NCBI RefSeq assembly: GCF_006345805.1
Contig: NW_021827260.1
Span: 1-11,151, forward strand
DNA: 11,151 bases
Reading direction: 5' to 3'
Source of the DNA: Octopus sinensis
Lineage: Eukaryota
The translations under genes were made by a program, and so were the position numbers. Below the pieces are notes generated by a model, which was given only the letters and a program-made list of their open reading frames with translations, was not told the origin of the DNA and did no database searches. Shown here one piece after another: positions 1 through 8,005 of this stretch. Every line of letters begins with the position of its first letter. Within the stretch, counting starts at the first letter, position 1.

Positions 1-430
1 GATGTAGACCAGAAGCACACCCATCAGTGGCTATGGGGCTTAGGGCTAAAGGCCAAGAGCAAAGACTTTATCTTAGCTTCTCAAGATCAGATCTTGTTGA
101 CTCACAACCGTCATTGAGATGGAAAATGGAGTAGACCCAAAGTGCTGACACTCTAATGGTGAGATTGAAACAGTGGACCACCTAATCTCTGGGTGTAAGG
201 TTTTAGTACCTGTAGAGTATAACTCAAGATATGACAGAGTTAGCCAATATTTACACTGGTTAATATACCAGCATTATAAAATCAAAACTGCTGACAAAGG
301 GTATAAGCACCACCCGGAGGTTCTTTGGGTCTTTCCAATACATACAGTCCAGATTATCAAAGCTAATAAACCAGATATTGTTGCGAAGGACTAAAACAAT
401 AAAAGCTGTTTAGGGATTGACATGAACATT

Positions 431-870
431 CCTTGTCATCATAATATCTCGCCAAAAGAAAATATAAAGATCTGCTAATTAAAATTGAAAAAATGGTTAC
501 AATAAATGATTATAGGACATACACATAAACACACATTCATGAGTGTATATACACATCATACACACATCATCAACATCATCATTATCATCATCATTTAACA
601 TCCATTTTCCATGCTGGCATGGGTTGGATGGTTTAACTGAAAACTGGTAAGCCAGGGAGCTGCACCAGGTTTCAATATGATTCGGCAAGGTTTCTACAGC
701 CGGATGCCCTTCCTAACACCAACCACTCCGAGAGTGTAGTGGGTGTCTTTTACGTGCCACTGGCATGGGTACTTGTGTAAACCTTGTCATCATAATATCT
801 CACCAAAAGAAAATATAAAGATCTGCTAATTAAAATTGAAAAGATGGTTACAATACCAATAATTGTAGGA
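431..870 (+). repeat. Direct repeat pair (431-504 and 782-855; 74 bp, 72/74 identical, extendable to about 517/870) flanking an insertion
   Basis: ccttgtcatcataatatctc(g/a)ccaaaagaaaatataaagatctgctaattaaaattgaaaa(a/g)atggttacaata occurs twice with the RTE fragment between; the Dong reading frame resumes after the second copy. Confidence 0.95.
565..771 (-). mobile_element. Severely 5'-truncated RTE-clade LINE copy (about 200 bp of 3' UTR plus degenerate (GAT)n tail)
   Basis: Reverse complement aligns collinearly with 4535-4722 (catgccagtggcacgtaaaag..cactacactctcggagtggttgg..ttaggaag.gcatcc.gctgtagaaac..ccaacccatgc(c/t)agcatggaaa..gttaaa.gatgatgat); the tail appears as a catcat tract at about 565-594. 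Confidence 0.88.
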
Positions 871-1118
871 ACACTTGGAATGATCAAGAAAGGGAACTGA
901 AAATTATTTGAGGATGCAAAAGATTGTTTTAACTGATATGTCACACGTCTTGAGAAGAGCATTGTTGCTGAGAATTCCCCCCTCCTTTATTTTCTTTGTT
1001 TTCTTTTGTTTTTCTTTCTTTTTTTTTTTACTATCGCGTAACTTGGCTTTGTAAATGAACAATCTGGTGTGTTTATTTTAATGGCCTACCGACGTATACA
1101 GTGAGTTTCTTTGCCCTA

Positions 1119-1135
1119 GGTGTCAGGAAGACACT
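1119..1135 (+). other. 3'-UTR stem-loop of Dong fragment 1 (GGTGTC-aggaa-GACACT)
   Basis: 5-bp Watson-Crick core plus G.U pair, 5-nt loop; extendable to 9 bp (1116-1138). Confidence 0.7.
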
Positions 1136-1430
1136 TGGCAAGAAATGAAAAGAAGAAATTTGAAAGATAAAGAAAAATAATGAGAAAAACTACAACAAAA
1201 ACAACTACCATATAACAACCTAGCATACAAAATATATTAAAAATATTCACAAGTAGGATGAAAAGAAAGTGTTTCAAAAAATGACAGAACAAAAAAAAAA
1301 GCAAAAACAAAAAAAAAAAATGTACCCCAGAACAATCTAGATTTCTCTAAGGCTACAAATGAATCTTCTTCATGACCATACCGACCTTACCTCATCCCTG
1401 AAACGATTGTCATTTTTACACTACCTTCAC

Positions 1431-1584
1431 ACTACCACCAACAACAACACCATGACAACCATCACCACCACCTCCATCACCATTACCAACACTATCACTG
1501 CCACAATTACCTACCACTACCACCACCACAACCACCACCGCCACCACCACAATCGCCACCACCACCACCACCACCACCACCACC
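1431..1584. repeat. (CAC/ACC)n trinucleotide microsatellite, degenerate at 5' end
   Basis: Visible directly; source of the poly-H/T/V ORFs. Confidence 0.95.
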
Positions 1585-1719
1585 ATGTTTTTGCAGGACA
1601 CAACTTGGCATAAGTGCAATACACGCTAAATGAATGCGATGCAAAAATGCATTAGTTCTCATACAATGGATAATACATTAAAAAGCACCAGTGTGTTTAA
1701 ATAAGGTGAAGTTTTTTTA

Positions 1720-1787
1720 GGGGGGCGGGATTGAATGGGGGGTTATATGGGAAGGGTGAGAGATAACGGGGAGCTGGAGGGGATGGG
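1720..1787 (+). other. G-run cluster, potential G-quadruplex
   Basis: gggggg-c-ggg-attgaat-gggggg-ttatat-ggg-aa-ggg followed by three further G-runs; satisfies G3+N1-7 x4. Confidence 0.5.
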
Positions 1788-1859
1788 TTGATCCTTATTT
1801 TTGTGGGGTTTATATGTTGTGTTTTTGTTATGTATATATATAATTTATTTGTATGTGTA

Positions 1860-1920
1860 GATATTATGTGTGCATGTGAGAAATTATGTGTGCCTGTGTG
1901 TGTATGTGTGTATGTGTGTG

Positions 1921-1962
<42 letters not shown>

Positions 1963-2285
1963 CTGTGTATTTTTGTGAGTATATGTATATGTTTGTCTCT
2001 GCGTCAGTATATACTATATACATATGTGTATGTACATATAAGTGTATGTATTTGTGCGTGAATGCATACGTGCATGTGTTTGGGTGTATGTGTGTATATA
2101 TGTTTGTGAGTGTATTTGTGTATGTATGAGCTTCAGTAAATGCATGTGTGTATTCAAGTGTAGTTTTTTATGTGTCTATGTCTGTGTGTGAGTGTTTAAG
2201 TGCATTTGTGTGTGTGTTCCTCAATGTGTATGTGTGTCTGTGTAAATGTGTGAATACATATTTGTGTGTTTTGTATGGATATGTA
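1860..2285. repeat. Long compound (TG)n/(TATG)n low-complexity tract with a pure (GT)n core at about 1922-1960
   Basis: Visible directly. Confidence 0.95.
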
Positions 2286-2286
2286 T

Positions 2287-2414
2287 ATCTTTTATCCTTT
2301 CCTTGTTTCGGTCATTAGACTGTGGCCATGCTGGGGCACCGCCTTGAAGAATTTTGGTCGAATGAATCAGCCCCAATACTTATTTCTTTTACAGCCTGGT
2401 ACTTAATCTATCAG
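2287..2414 (-). mobile_element. 3' fragment of an older SINE subfamily related to the 410-bp SINE
   Basis: cttgtttcggtcattagactgtggccatgctggggcaccgcc..gtcga....ggtacttaatctatc matches the tail-side segment of the minus copies at 3492 and 5524 (cttgtttcagtcatttgactgcggccatgctggagcaccgcc..gtcga....agtacttattctatt). Confidence 0.8.
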
Positions 2415-2485
2415 TACAGGGATATCTTGTTGAAGAAAAAACATTCAAGCAACAAGAAAACTAAGATTTAAAAAAAATTTTCCTC

Positions 2486-2570
2486 TGCACCACCATCACC
2501 ATCATCATCATCACTACTCCACTACCATTCCCACCATCACAACCAGCACCACCACCACCACCACCTCCAC
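2486..2570. repeat. (CAC/CAT)n microsatellite
   Basis: Visible directly. Confidence 0.9.
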
Positions 2571-2872
2571 AGGAATCAGTTACTGTTATCAGATTGAGAC
2601 ATTTCTAATGGAACAGGAATGATAACATAATGAGATGTAACCACAGATATCTCTTGGTATCGTGAAACTAAAACTGCATGAATATACATACATGTATATA
2701 TGTATGTATAGGGACATACCAATTACTTTTAGTTAGTTGACGAAAACTCCTTGAATATTAGATACGTTGGAGTAGTAAAGTTTTGCATGAACCATCAGCT
2801 TGTATTATGACTTCTGTTGTTTTGAAAATAACAAAAAACTATAACCATTTATCTCTCTCTCATATATATGTA

Positions 2873-3275
2873 CAGGAGTGGCTGTGTGGTAAGTAGTTTG
2901 TTTACCAACCACACGGTTCCGGGTTCAGTCCTACTGTGTGGCACCTTGAGCAAGTGTCTTCTACTATAGCCTCGGGCCGACCGAAGCCTTGTGAGTGGAT
3001 TTGGTAGACGGAAACTGAAAGAAGCCCGTCGTACATATGTATATATATATGCGTGTGTGTGTTTGTGTGTCTGTGTTTGTCCCCCTAGCATTGCTTGACA
3101 ACCGATGCCGGTGTGTTTATGTTCCCGTTACTTAGCGGTTCGGCAAAAAGAGACCAATAGAATAAGTACTGGGCTTACAAAAGAATAAGTCCCGGGGTCG
3201 AGTTGCTCGATTAAAGGCAATGCTCCAGCATGGCCGCAGTCAAATGACTGAAACAAGTAAAAGAGTAAAAGAGTA
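2873..3275 (+). mobile_element. tRNA-derived SINE, copy A (octopus/cephalopod SINE family)
   Basis: Pol III A-box-like TGGCTGTGTGG (2879-2889) and B-box-like GGTTCAGTCC (2922-2931); internal (TA)n(TG)n; 3' hairpin cagtc-aaat-gactg (3237-3250); (GAGTAAAA)-type tail; two further full copies in the window. Family name is from memory only. Confidence 0.92.
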
Positions 3276-3491
3276 TATCATACACTGGGTGTCAGGCTAA
3301 ATTTTACAGTCTTTTTGTCTTCATTTTTCAAGAAGAGCCTTCATGTAGTGGTGAATGATCAACAGCATTGGAGAGCATAAAGATTAAGGCCATAGCTGAG
3401 AAAAAGTTAGCTGACATGGAGGACTGGAAGCCATCTGAATAGTTGAAAAGAGTTACCTTTATCATAATGTGTGTATATGTATAAATATATA

Positions 3492-3694
3492 TACTCTTTT
3501 TACTCTTTTACTTGTTTCAGTCATTTGACTGCGGCCATGCTGGAGCACCGCCTTTTTTTAGTCGAGCAAATCGACCCCGGGACTTATTCTTTGTAAGCCC
3601 AGTACTTATTCTATTGGTCTCTTTTGCCGAACCGCTAAGTGACGGGGACGTAAACACCAGCATCAGTTGTCAAGCAATGCTAGGGGGACAAAAC

Positions 3695-3728
<34 letters not shown>

Positions 3729-3911
3729 ATATATATATATACATATATACGACAGGCTTCTTTCAGTTCCGTCTACCAAATCCACTCACAAGGCATTGGT
3801 CGGCCCGGGGCTATAGCAGAAGACACTTACCCAAGATGCCACGCAGTAGGACTGAACCCGGAACCATGTGGTTGGTTAGCAAGCTACTTACCACACAGCC
3901 ACTCCTGCGCC
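3492..3911 (-). mobile_element. tRNA-derived SINE, copy B (full length, begins GGCGCAGGAGTGG)
   Basis: Reverse complement is collinear with copy A (about 90% by eye over the first 160 nt); flanked by (TA)n on both sides. Confidence 0.93.
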
Positions 3912-3936
3912 TATATATATATATATTTTTTTTTTT

Positions 3937-4718
3937 CACACAGTGAGGAAGATAGCTGTGTGAAAAAGTGCCACACCCTAGCGGTTGAAGGAACCTGTAG
4001 AAGAGGTAGACCTAGGAAGACCTGGGATGAGGTAGTGAAGCACGACCTTCGAACATTAGGCCTCACTGAGGCAATGACTAGTGACTGAGACCTTTGGAAA
4101 TGTGCTGTGCTTGAGAAGACCCAGCAAGCCAAGTGAGACCATAACCTGTGGCCTATGCCAGGGGTGTAACCAGCCCACTTATGTGTACCTTTCATTCATT
4201 GGATAGTAAGCTCTGCTTGCAAAGACATGTTGAGGCATGTGAAATCGAAATTGAAATCAAATTCGTTGACCGGCATCAGTAGTTGTGGAGCGCTAAGAGC
4301 ACCTTCTGAGCATGATCGTTGCCAAAGCAGCTGATTAGCTTCTGTGCCAGTGGAACATAAAAAGCACCATCCAAGCGTGATCGTTACCAGTGTCACCCTA
4401 CTGGCACTTGTGCTGGTGACACGTGGAAAAAATATTTGAGCGAGGTCATTGCCAGTGCCGCTGGACTGGCTCCTGAGCAGTTGGCATTTGAACACCATTT
4501 GAGCGTGGCCGTTGACAGTTCTGCCTGACTGGCCCTCATGCCAGTGGCACGTAAAAGCACTCACTACACTCTCGGAGTGGTTGGCATTAGGAAGTGCATC
4601 CAGCTGTAGAAACTCTGCCAGATCAGATTGGAGCCTGGTGCAGCCATCTGGTTCGCCAGTCCTCAGTCAAATCGTCCAACCCATGCTAGCATGGAAAGCA
4701 GGCGTTAAACGATGATGA

Positions 4719-4722
<4 letters not shown>
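3937..4722 (+). mobile_element. 5'-truncated RTE-clade LINE: C-terminal ORF remnant (3939-4136), about 575-bp 3' UTR and (GAT)4 tail
   Basis: Translation HSEEDSCVKKCHTLAVEGTCRRGRPRKTWDEVVKHDLRTLGLTEAMTSD*DLWKCAVLEKTQQAK* carries the RTE C-terminal G.R.RGRP.KTW...V..D..DR..W pattern with one internal TGA (4086-4088); terminal palindrome CCATGCTAGCATGG (4681-4694); tail 4711-4722. Confidence 0.9.
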
Positions 4723-4756
<34 letters not shown>

Positions 4757-4834
4757 CACATATATGTGTGTGTGTGTATATATATATAATATATATATAT
4801 ATTATATATATACACATATATGTGTGTGTGTGTG

Positions 4835-4865
<31 letters not shown>

Positions 4866-4952
4866 ACATACATATATATATATATATATACATACATACA
4901 TACATACATAAGTATATATATATATATTATATATATATATATACACACACAC
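4721..4952. repeat. Compound (TA)n/(TG)n/(CATA)n alternating purine-pyrimidine tract
   Basis: Starts at the RTE tail; contains two ACACATATATGTGT palindromes (4756-4769, 4812-4825). Confidence 0.95.
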
Positions 4953-5340
4953 TAATAATCTGATGTCACTTCAGCAATAATAAGTCCATTTATCTATATT
5001 CAGCACCATTCATTAAAGATCCTCCCCACCCCTGACACACACCACACACAACCATATATTTTCATCTATAATTACCTCTGTTGTATAATTTCATAGCTCG
5101 TTACAATAATACTTAGAAATCCATCAAAACTAAAACTTCTTCCTCACACAACAGCATTTAGTCTTCTTCAAATAAATACATCAACACGGCCCTTATTTTA
5201 ATCCCATAAATCATATATTCAATATAAACTCACTTCTGTCAAATCCCTGTAGGGGGTTCATTTATTATTATTATTAATATTTTTTTACAATAATTTAGAT
5301 TCAACATTCACTCATCTATCCTTCAATTTGGGTCCATATA

Positions 5341-5375
5341 TATAAGCTTGTATATGTATATATGTGTGTACATAC

Positions 5376-5426
<51 letters not shown>

Positions 5427-5436
5427 CATACACACA
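5341..5436. repeat. (TA)n/(TG)n microsatellite
   Basis: Visible directly. Confidence 0.9.
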
Positions 5437-5523
5437 CAAAACTCTAAGCCCTTGATTAACTGTCTAACTTCTGCTGGCAAAAAGTAGTATATATATATAA
5501 TATATATAATATATATATATATA

Positions 5524-5942
5524 TACTCTTTTTTTTTTTTACTCTTTTACTTGTTGCAGTCATTTTACAGCGGCAATGCTGGAGCACCGCCTTTAGTCGA
5601 GCAAATCAACCCCGGGACTTATTCTTTGTAAGCCCAGTACTTATTCTATTGGTCTCTTTTGCCGAACCGCTAAGTGACGGGGACGTAAACACACCACCAT
5701 CGGTTGTCAAGCAATGCTAGGGGGACAAACACAGACACACAAACATATACACACACACTTATATATATATACATATATACAATAGGCTTCTTTCAGCTTC
5801 CGTCTACCAAATCCACTCACAAGGCATTGGTCGGCCCGAGGCTATAGCAGAAGACACTTGCCCAAGATGCCACACAGTGGGACTGAACCCGGAACCATGT
5901 GGTTGGTTAGCAAGCTGCTTACCACGCAGCCACTCCTGCGCC
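5524..5942 (-). mobile_element. tRNA-derived SINE, copy C (full length; shares diagnostic variants with copy B)
   Basis: Collinear with B; B and C share ccaatgcc, tctgctatag, gctaaccaacc, ccccgtcac and gatttgctc where A differs; the tail unit has expanded A-run; flanked by (TA)n. Confidence 0.93.
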
Positions 5943-6100
5943 TATATATATATATATATTATATATATATATATATATTATATATATAATATATATATAT
6001 GCATATATACATACATACATACATACATACATACATACATACATACATACATACATACATACTACATACATACATACATACATACATACATACATACATA

Positions 6101-6138
<38 letters not shown>
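5943..6138. repeat. (TA)n-(CATA)n-(TA)n compound microsatellite
   Basis: Visible directly. Confidence 0.95.
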
Positions 6139-6140
<2 letters not shown>

Positions 6141-6329
6141 GTGTCTTGCTTTGTTACTTCCATTAAAGCTTATCAACTCCTCCAGTTTTGGGCCAGCAAT
6201 ATTCTTCAAATCACACCCAAACACCCACCCACCCCTGTGTCATCAGCAAAAACAAAAGACAAAAACCTGCCTTTTTTGTCCACTTTTCCATTTCTTTGTC
6301 AATCTGCCTATTTGGCTATTTATCCATGT

Positions 6330-6575
6330 CTCTCAGTTTTTTTTTCTTTTTACCTGTCTGTCTGTGTGTCTATCTAGCTTTCTGTCTTTCTATCTGTGTC
6401 TGTTTCTCTGTTTCCCATTGTTAGTCTTTCTGTCTATCTGCTTGCCTGACTGTCTGTATTATCTTTCTATCTGTCTGCCTATCCATCAGTCTGTCATTCG
6501 ACTTTCTGTTTTGTTTCTCCCTTTGTCCATCTTTCTTTCTGTCTGCCTGCCTGCCTGTCTGTCTGTCTGTCTGCT
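6330..6575. repeat. Degenerate (CTGT/CTAT/CTGC)n pyrimidine-rich tetranucleotide tract
   Basis: Visible directly. Confidence 0.85.
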
Positions 6576-6638
6576 ACAAGACAATTCTTTGTCTGAAACC
6601 ATTTATTTATTTCCTGTTCCAATTATTTATTGCTTTAG

Positions 6639-6782
6639 ACAGGAAATCCTCAGGACTTGGAACATGTCATCATTCCAAGACAAGGAAATCCCTCGCATGT
6701 TTGGCAAATGGTCGAAAGAGAATCTTCAGAGATTGGTTGTGGTTTGTCAAGTCTTGGAACTTTTCAAGTAGTTGAGGAGTGA
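6639..6782 (+). other. Candidate exon-like unique island; product unresolved
   Basis: Good acceptor context (tttatttcctgttccaattatttattgctttag); two frames open across it; one reads [43 protein letters not shown]; only weak donors (caa|gtagtt at 6768, ga|gtgaaa at 6779). Confidence 0.25.
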
Positions 6783-7130
6783 AAGAAAAAAAGGAAGAGA
6801 CAGAGAGAGGTGGGAAATGGAGACAGAGATAGTGAGGAGAAAGTCAGAGAGAGAGAGAGAGAGATAGAAAGGGAGAGAGAAACAGAGGGATAGAACAGAG
6901 GAGACATAGAGAGAGGAAACAGAAAGTGAGGTGAAAGAGAGAGAGAGAGAGCAAGAAAAGACTTTAAGAGAGAGAGAGAGAGAGAGCAAGGAAGCAGAGA
7001 TAAAGAACTACTTACCTATTTCTGAGTCTTATTTACTGGTCAGTATGTATATATAGATAAGTGTGAGAGAGGGAGAGAGAATAGAAAGAGGAGACAGAGA
7101 AAGAATGCATGGACAGAGAGAGAGAGATAT
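6781..7130. repeat. (GA)n/(AGAC)n purine-rich low-complexity tract
   Basis: Visible directly. Confidence 0.9.
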
Positions 7131-7159
7131 TAAGAGCTAGTTACCTAAATACATGCCAA

Positions 7160-7211
7160 CCTCCATCCATCCATCCATCCCTCCCTCCATCCATCCATCC
7201 ATCCATCCATA
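7160..7211. repeat. (TCCA)n microsatellite
   Basis: Visible directly. Confidence 0.95.
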
Positions 7212-7278
7212 CATATAGGATGATCCAGATGGGATGATCCAGAATCCAAAATAAGCAATGGAAGTTTATGTTGGCCAC

Positions 7279-7619
7279 AGTTTATCTCCTGTCTCTTCCT
7301 TGATAAAGAGCCTGCAGCCCAAAACATCAAACCTCTTCTGCTTCTCACACCAACGATATCTATTTCATCCATTCCACTGCCTCTCTGAAAATTTCAGTAT
7401 TTCAATTTTGTTGTTATTGTTATTGTTTTTGTTTAACGTAAGATTAACGTAAGTTTATCTCCTGCCTCTTCCTTGATAAAGAGCCTGCAGCCCAAAACAT
7501 CAAACCTCTTCTGCTTCTCACACCAACGATATCTATTTCATCCATTCCACTGCCTCTCTGAAAATTTCAGTATTTCAATTTTGTTGTTATTGTTATTGTT
7601 TTTGTTTAACGTAAGATTA
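7279..7619 (+). repeat. Tandem duplication: 168-bp unit x2 (7279-7446, 7452-7619), 167/168 identical, 5-nt junction insert
   Basis: Base-by-base comparison; only difference is cctgTctc vs cctgCctc; junction insert acgta. Confidence 0.97.
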
Positions 7620-7808
7620 GCCCTGGTTGAGTAGACATATGCCCCAAAAAGCATCTCAGATATGATCCTCCCAACTTATGTTTTCTTTTTAAATATAGTG
7701 TACCCCAGACTACACTATTCAATGTATCATTCTTCAAACAAAAAAGTGTGATTTGAGAGAATTTTGGTTGTTATTTCTAGCAGATCATGTAACCATATAG
7801 ATGCTCTC
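7581..7808 (-). mobile_element. Diverged 3' part of another octopus SINE-like repeat with an (AAC)n tail
   Basis: Degenerate (GTT)n tail at 7581-7607 followed by body sequence I recognise as an abundant octopus repeat (gtgtgatttgag.ga..ttgg.tg.tatttctagcag); a second piece in the opposite orientation at 8839-8858 matches 19/20. Confidence 0.5.
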
Positions 7809-7887
7809 TTTTTTCCATGGGATTCCTGTTGCTATAAAAATAAAACAAAGCAAAATTAAAACTGAATAAAATACATAAAAAATACAT

Positions 7888-8005
7888 ACTTTGCCTTTCA
7901 TCCTTTTGGGGTTTATAAATTAAGTACCAATCAAGACTACTGGGGTCAATGTAATCAACTTAGCCCCTTCCTCGAAGTTGCTGGCCTTGTGCCAAAATTT
8001 GAAAC
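7888..8005 (+). mobile_element. 5'-truncated copy of a further octopus SINE family
   Basis: actttgcctttcatcctt..gggg..ataaattaagtacc..ctggggtcaatgtaatcaact..gctggccttgtgccaaaatttgaaac; the taagtac...ggggtc(g/a)a segment parallels the 3' half of SINE A. Family identity is from memory. Confidence 0.6.

Larger units (their letters stand above)
1..1181 (+). mobile_element. Decayed 3' part of an R4/Dong-clade (RLE-type) non-LTR retrotransposon: thumb/CCHC knuckle/restriction-like endonuclease remnant plus 3' UTR, interrupted by an RTE insertion
   Basis: Frame-hopping translation gives DVDQKHTHQWL..GLKAKSKDFILASQDQILLT (1-102), GVDPKC*HS..EIETVDHLISGC (CCHC knuckle remnant), YNSRYDRVSQYLHW (RHD-like), KANKPDIVAKD..CLGIDMNIP (PD..D nuclease core), KYKDLLIKIEKM, TIPIIVGTLGMIKKG and QKIVLTDMSHVLRRAL (917-964). 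A T-rich UTR, a hairpin at 1119-1135 and an A-rich end with aataat near 1175-1180 follow. Stops, frameshifts and internal deletions are present; the 5' end lies outside the window. Confidence 0.9.

Noticed and set aside
1385-1410. Minus-strand tttcag|GGATGAG|gtaagg 7-nt microexon-like motif
   Set aside because: Not a multiple of three, weak pyrimidine tract; by rough estimate such a pairing is expected by chance in a window this size.
1359-2129. Poly-His/Thr/Val and (VC)n ORFs, and similar ORFs at 4705-4955, 5877-6101, 8135-8804, 9522-9716, 9831-10049 and 10127-10439
   Set aside because: Translations of microsatellites, open on both strands because the repeat units lack stops.
2922-2940. SINE A and B share cctact where C has cccact, possible gene conversion between inverted neighbours
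   Set aside because: A single site; homoplasy or subfamily variation explains it equally well.
2879-2945. tRNA gene at the SINE head
   Set aside because: A- and B-box-like motifs are present but I find no full cloverleaf, and the sequence continues into the SINE body in all three copies.
3223-3275. SINE 3' end shares ccagcatgg with the RTE 3' end, suggesting a SINE-LINE partnership
   Set aside because: Only 9 nt; terminal hairpins and tails differ (GAGTAAAA vs GAT), so this RTE is not supported as the partner.
2849-4715. ORFs overlapping SINE copies and the RTE 3' UTR
   Set aside because: Incidental frames through non-coding repeat sequence; no domain motifs other than the RTE C-terminus at 3939-4136.
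5226-5256. Minus-strand cctacag|GGATTTGACAGAA|gtgagt 13-nt microexon-like motif
   Set aside because: Frame-shifting length and an A-rich upstream region rather than a pyrimidine tract.
6155-6215. Minus-strand peptide [18 protein letters not shown] with a gtaac donor-like end
   Set aside because: Too short, poor acceptor, no recognisable family.
6139-6771. Longest ORF in the track (210 aa, hydrophobic)
   Set aside because: Mostly a CTGT/CTAT tract with a TTG start; only the last ~45 codons are non-repetitive and are treated separately.
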